Shown piece by piece: positions 1 to 15,197 of a DNA stretch of 37,009 nt. The stretch spans positions 138,627 to 175,635 of the forward strand of contig NW_005434530.1 in the NCBI RefSeq assembly GCF_000315625.1, written 5' to 3'. The position numbers and the translations under genes are program-made. This DNA comes from Guillardia theta CCMP2712. Lineage: Eukaryota > Protista > Cryptophyta. A model generated the notes under the pieces. The model ran no database searches. It saw nothing but the letters and a program-made list of their open reading frames with translations, and had not been told where the DNA came from. Positions within the stretch are counted from its first letter, which is position 1; the number at the start of each line of letters is the position of its first letter.

Positions 1-394
1 CTCCATGGCAGGTGAATGATGAAACCCCACTCTCCTCTCGCCCCCGCTCCACCTCCCCCTGCCCCTCTTCCTTACAGCTGCCAGCAAATGCATCCCTCCT
101 TCCACCCTGCCTCTCCTCCTCTACATCCTCTTCCTCCTCCTCCTCCTCCTCCTTCCAAGTGCCAAGACTACTAGCTCAACGAGTCCTTCCCATCCTCCAC
201 CACCTCCTCCTCTCTCCTCCTTCTCCTCCTCCTCCACTACCTCCACCTCACAGCTGCTCCAACAGGTTCCAGATCCTGGCACAGGTGGATGGCAGAATAA
301 CCAACGTGAGGACGAGGGAGAGAAGGTTGTCGCACAACTAGCTGTAAACAAACTTAAAGATGGACGTCGTTTATCTGGTTTCGTTGGCATGTAG
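1..394 (+). CDS. 3' end of a low-complexity hypothetical gene (partial)
   Basis: Possible intron 12-77 (AG|GTGAAT...TTACAG). One frame then stays open to TAG at 392-394 and ends VPDPGTGGWQNNQREDEGEKVVAQLAVNKLKDGRRLSGFVGM*. The frame is ambiguous because of CCT repeats. Confidence 0.3.
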
Positions 395-489
395 AACTGA
401 AGAGAAGGAGGAGGAAGAGGGAAAGAGAGGAGAGTTACAGAGACAGGGAGGAGGAGGAGGAGGAGGAGGAGGAGGAGAAAGGAAGTTGT

Positions 490-4577
<4,088 letters not shown>

Positions 4578-4579
4578 CG

Positions 4580-4900
4580 CCCGACCCCAGACCCGACAAA
4601 CTCGGCTCCGGAGCGGGCTCGCTGGAAATCAAGTCTCAGCCTGGCAGTCGGATCATCCGATCAGCCTGATGTTGACCCGGGTGACCCGGGCCGCTGCCGG
4701 GCCCGGTGACTCACAACCGCCGGCCCGAAAACTGAAACGCACGCACTGATCGGACTCGGAGAGCTTTATGAGTAGGGCCAGGTGACAGCAGTGAAACTGC
4801 CCGACCACCATCATGCTCCCTCCCCTCCTGCCTACTAGCGGCGGACGGGCCGTCACAAGTAGCTACCCCGGCTGTACTGCCAGTCACATCACTCCGAATA
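4580..4900. promoter_or_regulatory. GC-rich palindromic island in a head-to-head spacer (putative bidirectional promoter region)
   Basis: Lies between the starts at 4577(-) and 5249(+). Rich in CCGG/GGCC/GTGAC and lacks the simple repeats seen elsewhere. Confidence 0.4.
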
Positions 4901-5248
4901 CCGTGCCTCCACTGCCATGTCCTGAGAGTCAGCGGCTTCATAAGTTACAACATGATCTCAGTCCTCCCCGCTGATCTTCTCGGATGTTGCATGTAGTGTT
5001 GATAGCCGACATCTCATCTTTGTTGCGAACTTGATGCGCAAAGGATCTCAAGAAATCCTCTTCAGTCCTCTGTTGTGCCGTTACCATGTTCACCTTCCTC
5101 CTCTGACGACGCTGGTGCAGGTGACTGACCACCGTGCTCGGGTATCGAGGATGCGGCGATGAGATCTTATCACAAGCATGTGAGCCTGAAGGATCCCCGT
5201 GAGAGCTGAAGGAGACGGCCGTGCCTTGCTCGTTCTTCCTCCTCCATC

Positions 5249-7116
5249 ATGTCAAGGAGCCTCAAGTCGGTCAAGGAGGTGTTCTGGTTTCAACCCAACA
5301 ACTACCCGGCGACCAAGGAGGAGACGCTGGAGCTGGAGCGGCTGCTGTACCCGATCTCAGGGAGGAATATCTCGATGAGACCTGACAATCCTCCTCCTCG
5401 TCTGCTCGAGCTGCTGGTCAGGATGTCAACCTTTACGCAGACCGAGATCGATCTCATCCTGCAGTGCCTCTCGCTGTACAAGGATCAGATCGCCCTGAAG
5501 GAGCTCGGTCCTATCGCTTCCAAGTCCATGAGGCGCGTCATGGGGGACCATGTTGGGCTGCCCGAGCTCACCAGGTTCTTCCTCGATCGAGCCAAGGCTG
5601 GGCTGAACAAGGTGAAGGACGAGGACAGGAGGAGGGAGGAGGAGGAGGAGGAGGAGGAGGAGGAGGAGGAGGAGGGAAGAGGAGGAGGAGGAGGGAGGAG
5701 GGAGGAGGAGGCTGAATGGAGGCTGGCAGACCATCGTCAAGAACAACAAACGGCAGACGAAGCTGCGTGCGGAGACTCACAAAGTGCAGGAGACGTTTGA
5801 GAAGGCGTACAAGGACATTCACTTTGCGGTCTGTTGCGTCGACATGGCGGGACAAGATCTGATGCTTGTCTGTCAGAGGAAGCACATGTGGTACAAGGAG
5901 AAGAGCATGGCGGAGGCCAAGGCGTCGGCAGAGGCAAGTCGTCAGAGAGAGCTGAGCCTCGTGAAGGCGCAGTACTCTAACATCTGTGAGCTGGGATGCA
6001 GCTGAAGTCTGCTGCTGATGTTGGTCCTCAAGGTTCCGACTTGGAATCCCAGCAAGAGTTCTACGCCACCTGGAAGAAGATGGAAGGAGAGCCGAGCGGT
6101 AGCTTCCGCAGGTGCTTCCGCTCGGGTTGGAGGAGGGGCGGTTGACAGAGTCTGCTCAGTCTCAACAGCATCTTTCACGATCGCAACTTCAAGAGAACGA
6201 TGCGGTACCTCCATGAGACGGTTGTGATACTTGACGTCTGACTGGCCCTCTCCCCCCAGTCAGAACAAGACGCAGGCGGAAAGGGCGGAGAAGGTGGAGG
6301 CAGATGCTCTGGAGTATGCGCTACAACAGATGCAGCAGGAGCAGCACGACAAGACAGAGGAAGTCAGGTGAGCCCTCCTTGTCCCTCCTCCCTCCTCCCC
6401 TGTTGACTGAGATCATCGCTGCAGTCGGCCTGTCTCCCCGACCCGCGAGATCTCAGAGGTGAAATTCGACGAGCGTCCCTAGAGGAACCGAGTCATGCTT
6501 GTCTTCTGCAGACCTTGTTCGGCCCTGACGATATCCCGGACGCGAGCTTGTTTGAGATGTGATCTGGTCACCCCCAGTTGAGCGTTTCTCACCTCCTCAC
6601 AGGCCCTTCCATAAGCTCAAGGAGCACATGACGAGAGAATATAGGAGGAGGTCCCCCTCCTCCCTGCCTCCCTCCCTCCCTCCCTCCCTCCCTCCCTTCC
6701 TCCCTTCCTCCCTGCCTCCCTGCCTCCCTGCCTCCCTCTCACCATCTTGCCTCCCTCCCTCCCTCCCTCCCTCCCTCCCTCTCCATCCCTCCCTGTCTGA
6801 CCGCGCTCCTTTGGTCAGATTGCAACAGAAGCAACTCTGGAAGCGCAATTCTCAGCTCTCCCTCCAGGAGAAGCAGGACATCAGGTTGCAGCCAGGAGAG
6901 ACTCCCAGCAGAGCCTCCGACAAGTCCCTCAGACGGCTCGACTCTCTCGCCAGGAAGCAGGAGATCGCGCTTTACTGTCTCAACAAGGTCCGGTCCCTCC
7001 ATGACTCTGTCGGCCTCGATGTACCTGTGGACGACATCAAAGCTCTCCTCCTTGACTTGTTGACCTTCGCCGTCGACGTCTCCAGGGTCTCGCAGCAGGA
7101 GGTAACACCCTCTCTA

Positions 7117-7152
<36 letters not shown>

Positions 7153-7580
7153 CCTCCACAACCACCACCACCTGACATCGTCAGCAGCTGCAGTGGGTCC
7201 TGAGGGAATCGGATGTCGAGGAGGACGGGAAGAGCGGGGAGCAGGTCAAGAATCTCAACTACAACAAACTGTTGGATGCCTCGCTCCTTCTCTTGCTCTA
7301 CAAGCTCAACGGCCAGCACATCAACACCAGGGTGAACCAGTTCTCCTGGACCAGCGACCTTGCGGGACAGAGAGACAAAGTACAGGATGTGATGAACTTG
7401 CTCAACGACGGCATACAGGTCATGCCGCAAGAAGTTGACTTTGTGATGAAGCTCGTCGATCGGTTTCGAGATGTGAGGAAGTTCCCACAAGGTCTGAATG
7501 TGTTCCGACGGCCGTCACGGCTGGACACCGGCAACCCGTCGCTGATAAGATCGTTGTTGACCTGGTACTCGTGCGAGTAG
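5249..7580 (+). CDS. Hypothetical multi-exon protein with probable coiled-coil segments
   Basis: ATG at 5249 with GC3-rich codon usage (MSRSLKSVKEVFWFQPNNYP...). In-phase exon blocks separated by GT-AG introns (QETFEKAYKDIHF..., LQQKQLWKRNSQ..., LLDASLLLLLYKLNG...SLLTWYSCE*). No domain recognised. Confidence 0.65.
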
Positions 7581-7698
7581 TGACAAACATCAAAGCTATG
7601 TTTGCCTGTGACTCGTTAAACAACCAAGACTTTTACTTTTGATTTAAACAATCTCATTCAAAGTATAAACATATGAAACAGGAATTGATGCGCCGCCC

Positions 7699-9010
7699 TC
7701 ATGGAAGTCGTCCTTGTCTGCCCTTACCAGAGGATAGCAAGTGAAACTGTGAACAGAGTCCAAAACAAAATGAAAGCTGTTGCAAACATGTCACATCTGA
7801 GGGCCCTAGCGCGAGTACCCTAGTACTCACCCACTTTCCCGTGCCCTCGTCCAGGAATTCCCATGTGTCTGGAAGCAAACAACGATCAGAGGTCGCAGGA
7901 CAGACGTCGGACAACTTCCAACCGTGTTGCAAAGCCCCAAGTCAAGGCAAAAAGACTCCCGGCTGCAAGAACCGAAATCAAACATGCGCAGAGACTTCAC
8001 GGAAATAGCGAGAAGAGCAAAGTAATGATGAGGGAGAGACAGGAAGAGCGAGAGAGATTGAGACATAGAGGACAAAGAAGCAGGATGAAGGGATGAAAGA
8101 GGATGCATAAGCTGCTCTCATGGTCTCAGGAAAGCAACGGAAGCGTCCTGACCAGCTGCCAAACGTCTCGGCAATCGCTTGAAGGTATCCGACATGTCAC
8201 TGATGGCTTTCCCTGGTCCGCATCGTCACTGGCAATGAGAGGATGTGCATGCTGCATACTGAGATCCTCTATGCTGTCCCCTTCGCAGACATCTCGACCT
8301 GACCTATCGTACCTGTAGTATCGACACTGGCGAGAAAGTAAGTAGCGCAGAGCAGATCGGCTCATGGTTACCTTGAGGAATTTCATTGCACGGATGCCTG
8401 CCCATTCTCCCACCGAAGGGACTCGGGGAGGTGCAACAGATGGCTGGAAGCTGACCACGATGACGAAGAGGAGGAGGAGAAGATTCCTCCCTGGAAGAGG
8501 TAAGTCAGCGATCGGGGCCAGGAGTGGGGAAGGGCAAGGAAGTCCACGCTGGACTGGAGGGATGAAGTAGAACGAAAGAAAATGGGAAGGAAGAAGATGA
8601 GCACTGATGTATAAGATCTCGTTCTATCAGACTCCAGCTACACCTGAGCCTCACTCGATCAACCTCTGCCTTTTTTGCGATATTGCTACTCCTTACAACT
8701 TAGACTGTCAGACCCTCCCCTCCATTCTGACCGGCCCCTGCCGACACATCACTGCTGTATATTTCAGCGCTGCTGATCGCTACGTTACACATGCTATTCT
8801 TGTTTCCACTACTACTAACAATCCACGTAGCATTGCTATCCAACAACTCAGTACATGTAATCCAAGCCGTTTCTCTCAAATGTGTGTCCAGCTTATGTCA
8901 CAATATCGCATTCTCTCATTATCGCTCGTTCAGATATCTCAATCTTCTGTTCCTCCTCCTCCTCCTCCTCCTCTCATCGCGAACTTTCACCGCTCCCACT
9001 CACCCGCCAT
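7699..9010 (-). CDS. Hypothetical secreted Cys-containing protein, multi-exon
   Basis: A 7-nt first exon ATGGCGG|GTGAG (9010-9004) splices to 8490 and gives a signal peptide MAGRNLLLLLFVIVVSFQPSVA. Later exons include CRYYRYDRSGRDVCEGD..., RESFCLDLGLCN and TWEFLDEGTGKW. The 3' end is uncertain. Confidence 0.5.
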
Positions 9011-9049
9011 CGCCAGGCCTTGCACGACTTGGGAGATAATTGACCGATA

Positions 9050-9835
9050 AATGGAAAGTTTTCTCTTTCTATTTCAATTTTCATCGATATATTTGAACCT
9101 TTTCACACAAACCGTTAAGGTTCCTGAAACTTTGAAATTTCAAAAACAGTTTCCTCACTGGCACGAAAGTTTCAAAGTTTACAGACTTCGAAAGTAGAAA
9201 CTATCGACCACATCCCCGCTATGACCATCGGATCGCTGACGAGGTAGTAAGTACCCCAGGGTAGTACCCGCCCTCCCCCCCAAATCAGGTGACACCACCC
9301 ACCCGTTTTTCAGCGATCCAAATTCTGGTGGTACTTAAGGAAACTATTAGACAACAATTGAACTTTAGATCAAACAATTTCAGTAATTTGCACGATCCCA
9401 GATCATCCTATGTCACGGACCGGTCCTTTGCGAGTCATGGACTACCCACCCGCGGATCACAGAGCACCACAGAACGAGTTAAAACCACCCACCGTTCAAC
9501 CGACGCTCCTCACGGTGGGGTACTTTTGGGAAAATACAGGGGTACTTGAGGAAAAGTAGGGGTGTAGTGTCCCACCCTGTCCACAGAATGACCCGACCCC
9601 TTGCAGAGACCGCTATATGGAACTACCCCACCCTCTCTGGTCCCAGCAGGTTGGGTCATGACCCTACCTTTTCTATTCAGATTACCCTGGATCACTAGAG
9701 AAACATACCCACCCCCGAACAGGAGACTCGTTTCCCTATACCACCCCACCCCCTACATCTTGCGCCCCCAGGGTGTCCTAATCCTCCTCCTTGAACATCT
9801 TGGTCTTTCCCGTACCTTCTCTCGCCACAGAACTC
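9050..9835. promoter_or_regulatory. Head-to-head spacer: AT-rich block (9050-9200) followed by a GGGGTAC/ACCCC-rich tract
   Basis: GTACCCC at 9251 and GGGGTAC at 9517 and 9539, with many ACCC/TACCC words. Lies between the starts at 9010(-) and 9980(+). Confidence 0.45.
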
Positions 9836-9840
9836 CCTCC

Positions 9841-9960
9841 AAACCCATCTGAACTAGCTCCCAAACCCATCTGAACTAGCTCCCAACCCCATCTGAACTA
9901 CCTCCTAAACCCATCTGAACTAGCTCCCAACCCCATCTGAACTACCTCCCAAAACCCATC
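9841..9960 (+). repeat. 22-bp minisatellite, about 5.5 copies (AAACCCATCTGAACTAGCTCCC)
   Basis: Units start at 9841, 9863, 9885, 9907, 9929 and 9951 (partial). Two variants alternate. Confidence 0.95.
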
Positions 9961-9979
9961 AACTCACTTCATTCAGAAA

Positions 9980-11227
9980 ATGGAACGCATCTTCGGCAAA
10001 GAGGCAAAGCTTATTGATAATACTGGAAATGAGACGGCAGTATCCTCCTTGTCTAGTTATGAGGTCGTTGGTCTGTACTTCTCTGCACATTGGTGCCCAC
10101 CATGCCGTGGATTCACACCAAGGCTAGCTTCAACCTACAAGAATTTGCAGGAGAAAGGAAAGTCCTTTGTGATCGTATTCATATCCTCAGACAAGGACAT
10201 TGAGTCATTCAAAGAATATCACTCCGAGATGCCCTGGTTGGCTCTGTCGTTCGAAGAGAGGGAGCTGAAGGCGAAGCTCTCTCGACGATTCAAAGTCACC
10301 GGAATTCCATCCCTCATCTTCCTCAACGGGGCATCAGGCAAGGTAATCACCAAGAATGGCCGTCGGTTCATCTCGGAGGATCCGAATGGTGAAAAGTTCC
10401 CGTGGAACCCTCCCTCTCTGTTCGAGTTGCTGGGTGACAAAGTGATCGATCACGAGGGCGGGGAGACCGACCTCAAGGCCAAGGTCGCTGGCAAGACCCT
10501 TGGCTTGTACTTCAGTGCCCACTGGTGCCCTCCATGTAAGAAGTTCACACCCATTCTCTGCGACACCTACAAGAAGATCAAGGAGTCCAAGGAGTTCGAG
10601 ATCATCTTCGTGTCGGCTGACCGTGACGAGAAGCAGTTCCAAACATACTTCCAGACCATGCCCTGGTTGGCCCTGCCCTTCTCAGAGTCTCACAATGAGA
10701 GCTTGTCGTCGTACTTTGACGTCGACGGCATCCCCACCCTGGTTCTGATCGATTCTGACGGCAACATCATCACCAAGGAGGGTTACGATGTGGTTGGCAA
10801 CGACAAGGATGGAAAGAACTTCCCTTGGGCTCCCAAGGCCGTCAAGGACATTGAATCTTGCGCTGAGTTGAACTCTTCAGCTTGCGTTGTCGTTTTGGCC
10901 GATGAATGCCCCCCCGAAGAGAGATCGCAAATCTCGGACGATCTCACGAAAGTGGCTGAAGAGTTCATCGCCAAGGCCAGGAAGATGGACGAGGATGCAG
11001 AGTGTGTCTTCACGTTGGCTGCAGAGGCCGGTACGGTCGCGTCCAAAATCCGGACAGTTTGCAAGGTGGAATCGGACAAGACTTGCAAGATGTTGATTCT
11101 GGATGTTGGTGATGATGGCGCCTACTATTCCTTCAAGGGCTCGACGATCGATCGAGAATCCATCTCAAAGTTTGTGATTGATTTTCAAGAGGGGAAGCTG
11201 GAAAAGCAAACCATTTCTATCGACTGA
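9980..11227 (+). CDS. NXN: Nucleoredoxin (tryparedoxin-like, three thioredoxin-fold domains), intronless
   Basis: Two copies of GLYFSAHWCPPC...FTP, FxIxFxSxD, MPWLALxF and VxGIPxL, plus a third degenerate Trx-like domain; 415-aa ORF. Confidence 0.92.
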   Translation: MERIFGKEAKLIDNTGNETAVSSLSSYEVVGLYFSAHWCPPCRGFTPRLASTYKNLQEKGKSFVIVFISSDKDIESFKEYHSEMPWLALSFEERELKAKLSRRFKVTGIPSLIFLNGASGKVITKNGRRFISEDPNGEKFPWNPPSLFELLGDKVIDHEGGETDLKAKVAGKTLGLYFSAHWCPPCKKFTPILCDTYKKIKESKEFEIIFVSADRDEKQFQTYFQTMPWLALPFSESHNESLSSYFDVDGIPTLVLIDSDGNIITKEGYDVVGNDKDGKNFPWAPKAVKDIESCAELNSSACVVVLADECPPEERSQISDDLTKVAEEFIAKARKMDEDAECVFTLAAEAGTVASKIRTVCKVESDKTCKMLILDVGDDGAYYSFKGSTIDRESISKFVIDFQEGKLEKQTISID

Positions 11228-11903
11228 ATGCTGTCAGTGATCTAACACTTTAAGGCCCTGCTCGTGGCGTACAGCGAGCATCAAGCTCGAGCCATTGAAC
11301 ATTCCGTTTAGCTTCAGCGTCATGAGTGAGCGGTTACGAAGTTTTATGAAGCCTATCAGTCATCCACCGGTAGATGACTGTTTCCTTACTGCCTGTATTG
11401 GCCCACTATGGATGATTGCACTTTTGAAGTTCGCTATTAAGCCTCGCTTGTACAATTAGGCAACAACTCTATGCTCAAACTTTTCAGTGCCACTCCCAGG
11501 CGGAGCACGGCCTGGCAGAGAGTAGGCTTCTCTGACGGTTCACCGTCACTGCTTGTCGGATGCTCTTTGCCATTTCGATTGAAGGAAATAAACAACCGTG
11601 AACACTTTGGAATTTGAAATCTAAGTGTCGAGTTTGGCATTGACTTTCAATCAAACGTGAATCACTCAGGCGGGATGACTCGGATGATGCGGGCTCACAC
11701 GAGCACTCAGAACAACAATGATGAGGAGGATGCTCTCCGACCGTAGAGAAGGAACTGGACTCGACAAGATGGTGCGGTAGTTGTGGTCCGAAAAGCATTC
11801 AATGCCTAACATAGCACTACTACTAGTTCGCCAGGCTGCCAGCCAGCCGCTTGAAAAGCAAAAATGGCCCTAGCTAGACGTTCTGCTCATCAGCAGTGGC
11901 ATT

Positions 11904-12392
11904 TCATACGCGGCTATTCACAGCCTTTGTAAACAGAACCTTAGCTTCCCCTGGTCCATATGCGTCAGGCTCAGTGCGTGACACGCAATAGCCTTGCTGA
12001 GTGTAGAAAGCCCTTGTCCTTTCGAGCAATGGTGCCGAGCTTGTTTCAATCATGACCTCCTTGGCACAGGCTTTGGTCGCTGTTGCTTCGAAGAAGTGCA
12101 GGAGATTCTTGCCGTAGCCTTTGCCTTGGTACTTTGGATCCACGCCTATCCACCAGAGGTTCCAAACATTTGGATCATCTTCAGTAGGACCAAAGTACAT
12201 CCATCCCAATACATTCACGTCATCCTGCAGCACGTGGGCTTGATGGCCACTTGGCAGCTTTGCGTCAAGCAAATCGACGATCGTCTTGCCAAGCAAGTCA
12301 TCAGCTTCACCAGGACCGAATATGCCTGTATCTTTGCCCAGTTGCACCAATTTGTCGATATCGTCTCTTTGAACCGCTCTCAACATGATCAT
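11904..12392 (-). CDS. GNAT family N-acetyltransferase (bacterial type), intronless
   Basis: Likely start MIMLRAVQRDD at 12392 or 12386. Acetyl-CoA motif A WNLWWIGVDPKYQGKGYGKNLL and motif B IETSS...TRAFYTQQGY...YGPGEAKVLF. Confidence 0.88.
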   Translation of the reverse strand: MIMLRAVQRDDIDKLVQLGKDTGIFGPGEADDLLGKTIVDLLDAKLPSGHQAHVLQDDVNVLGWMYFGPTEDDPNVWNLWWIGVDPKYQGKGYGKNLLHFFEATATKACAKEVMIETSSAPLLERTRAFYTQQGYCVSRTEPDAYGPGEAKVLFTKAVNSRV

Positions 12393-12419
12393 CTGAGTGA
12401 GTTCGATCACTGGCAAGCC

Positions 12420-13200
12420 TAGCAAACTCAACTTGAGAGTCTTGACGAGTCTACAGCGAGTCCGAGGCCGCCGCGGCACGGTCGTCGACCATCGTTATTG
12501 CCGATTATTCCGGCCGCTGCCTCCGAGCCTCCGAGGGGCCGTCCGTTTGTCAACCGTTTGACGACTTTTTTGACCTTCGGAATGAGGCAGTGCGGCGGGC
12601 CGGGCCCTCCGAGGCTCGCCGACCGTGCCACGGTCACGGTGTCGGACTGATCAGTGACACCCGGGCCGGGCCGGCCGCCGGGCGGCCAACTTCCGATCCT
12701 GACTCAGTGACTGACTCAGTGAGTTTCAGGGCCGCCGCTATCATTGTTTTCTCGGAAGCCATTATGCCGTGACGTCACAAGTAGTTGAAAGTTGGCCGGA
12801 GGCTGCCAGTGTGCGGTGACCGTGACGGTGGCCAGTCCGATCCGACACTGGCCCCGTGACCCGACAGACGGTCACGCCGTTCCGAGTTCAAGTCAGCCTG
12901 ACCGTCCGAAGGTTCACTTGACCGTACTTTGATGGTACGGTCGGAGCTCCCGGAGTCCCTCGGACTCTCAGAGGCCGCAGTCGACTCTCCTGATTGCCGG
13001 CCGCGGCGGCCCCTGCCTCGGAGTACGGCCGGGCTGCCCGGGGCCGGGCGGCGGCTCAACTCGGAGCGGCGGCCGGGCCCGGGCCCGACGGCATGGGGCC
13101 CCGGGCCCGGATCATCATGATGGCCGCATGCCATCAGCGGCCATGATGGCCGGCGGCTGCCGGCAGGCACCGGTACCGTGCCGTCTCTGTGACACTGAAA
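12420..13200. promoter_or_regulatory. GC-rich palindromic island in a head-to-head spacer
   Basis: Dense CCGG/GGCC/CCCGGG words. ACTCAGTGA at 12702 and 12714; ACGGTCAC/GTGACCGT words at ~12630, ~12816 and ~12868. Confidence 0.45.
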
Positions 13201-13758
13201 ACCGAGCAATAAATGTTTAGTAGAATCTTTTCTCTGCATTTTCAAATATACAGATTCAATTTGAAATGGTTCACCAAATCAGCAGTCTGTCCCTTCGTCA
13301 TGCGGTTGTTCAGCTTGTGCGACGGAACAGGTGGGGGGAGGAGACAGAGAAGTGACAATGAAGAGATGACCTGCGAAGTGATCATCATGAAATATGCTGA
13401 GCGGATCATGCGCTGTGCAGCCTGTGTTGTCGTCCTTCTTTCAGTTCATTCTTGATAATATCCGATGTCCGTAGAACGTTCGTTGCTGATGTTTTGTTAG
13501 TGGAGAAGTAATGTTTGGCGATGAGACGCTCCATGATTGTTTGTCCCAATATCTTGCATGCAAGTCATACCCCTCTGGTAGTTCTTTCTGTACTCGCTTA
13601 CTCCCCGTTCCCCTCGTTTCTCTGATCAACGCAATATTTTCTTTCTCGTCTGACGTCACTTTTTGTGTCGTGCTTTTGTTTCTGATCTCATATCGACTCT
13701 GTGAACATTTGCTCTCAGTCATTCTACCGAGCATTAGCTCTTATTTATTCTATCCATC

Positions 13759-14004
13759 ATGCCTCGTACGTTAGTAACTCACTTCACAGCGTTCGCTCCT
13801 CCTCCCCCACCTCCCACGACTTGCTACGCGCAGCCAGGAGTTTACGCTGCGCCTTGCACTGCCCCTTACCCATACAGCCCTCCAGCCATGGGAACTTACA
13901 CAACCTGCGCTGCTGACGGCTCGTCCTGTGCCACGTACCCCTGGCCATACCCGGCCCCCTACTCCTACCAGTATCCCATGGCCACCACCTGGACCGCCTA
14001 CTAG
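13759..14004 (+). CDS. Small Pro/Tyr/Ala/Cys-rich peptide (true start uncertain; last exon probably begins ~13790)
   Basis: GC3-biased codons in FAPPPPPPTTCYAQPGVYAAPCTAPYPYSPPAMGTYTTCAADGSSCATYPWPYPAPYSYQYPMATTWTAY*, preceded by an acceptor-like CTAACTCACTTCACAG-type sequence (TAACTCACTTCACAG). Confidence 0.55.
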   Translation: MPRTLVTHFTAFAPPPPPPTTCYAQPGVYAAPCTAPYPYSPPAMGTYTTCAADGSSCATYPWPYPAPYSYQYPMATTWTAY

Positions 14005-14318
14005 GAGGTGCGCGAAAGGACGAGCTGCAGCTCCAACCTCCCGCATCGGATCCGCCGGCAGCGCATCTTACACCACCGTACATGCTTGTGGAGGGTTGAT
14101 GAGATGCGGAACATGCAGATTAGAAACAATTTTAACAGCTTTCAGGTGTTATGAAATACATCATGCTCCAGTTTTTTCCTAAACTTTTCGGTCGGGAGAA
14201 GAATATTTCGAACAGAGGGTTTCCTCCAAACAACACTGTAGATGGCATCATTAACAGGTACAAGAGAAACAAGCGATGAGATACAACAGATATGAGTGGG
14301 AAGGGCTCGTGCAACTCC

Positions 14319-15197
14319 TTAATCGTTCTTAATTTGCTCACGAACAATCTTCTTCGGAGGCGTCAGGACCTGTGGAAGCGTTTAGAGGAGCAGGAGCGAC
14401 AACAACTTCCGACGGTCCTACCTTGATCAGACTCGGAAGCTTTTGTCCCTGCGCTCCCACGCCATTGCACTTGATGCCGCCGATGGCCTGGCAGTTGTTG
14501 GAAGCATAGAACTGAGCCGCTCCGAAGATGTCCTTGATGGGCAGAGAGGAGAAGTAGAGGAGGACGACTGGGAGGAGCACGGCAAGGTTGAAGAAAACCA
14601 CTCCGTCCTTGAACTTCTTCTCCGTCTGCGAATCCTTGATCTTAATCTGCTCCTGCAGCACACGAGCATCGTTCAGCACCTGCCCTTGTACATCCTGCCG
14701 CTGCAGAGTCTAGCCCTCACCTTCTCGTCCTTCCAGATAACGTCCACACACCTATCAGGATCTCGAAGGAACGAGTCAGCCCTGTTCTCAGCCTCCTCCT
14801 TGCTGGACCCGTCGTCCATGAACGCCGACACATATCTCCTCCTCGTCCTCACGATGGCTTGATATGCCTTCTCTTCCGTGTTCTGCAATGTGATCCCCTG
14901 CTCCTTCAGCCGATCGACCCTGTCCTCAATCTTCCAGCTCTCAACGACGGCGCCTTGCATGTCCCTCCCCTCCAGATAGCTCTTGTATCTCTCTGCAAGT
15001 CTCTTTACACTGTCCTCGTATCCGTCCAATGTTCTTTGCTCGAAGTTTTGCAACATCCATACTCCTCTTCCTCTCCGCACGCAGGCCCCCGTTCGGAGTA
15101 CACAAGAAGACCGGCCCGCAAACGAAGGAGTGAAGGCTTCACAGCAAGAGGAAAGGACAACTAAGGCGACCAAGACGGCATGACCCGAGCCCAACAT
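14319..15197 (-). CDS. Unknown plastid-targeted single-pass membrane protein (3 exons)
   Basis: Signal peptide with CEA|FTPS cleavage and an Arg/Ser-rich transit peptide. Introns 14720-14653 and 14421-14370 join the frames (KDEK-EQIKIK; LIK-VLTPPKKIVREQIKND*). TM helix GVVFFNLAVLLPVVLLYFSSL. Confidence 0.75.

Noticed and set aside
4938-5132. Short minus-strand ORF upstream of the F-box gene
   Set aside because: No splice connection or motif found, so it cannot be supported. It would break the strand alternation if real.
9841-9960. Possible CRISPR or telomeric array
   Set aside because: Units are contiguous with no unique spacers, the context is eukaryotic, and the 22-bp unit is internal and unlike known telomere repeats.
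11437-11798. Short ORFs between nucleoredoxin and the GNAT gene
   Set aside because: No domain or codon signal; more likely 3' UTRs.
12775-13245. Arg/Gly/Pro-rich ORFs in GC islands (also 33479-33976 and 4653-4941)
   Set aside because: Expected from high GC content; no codon bias, splice pattern or domain.
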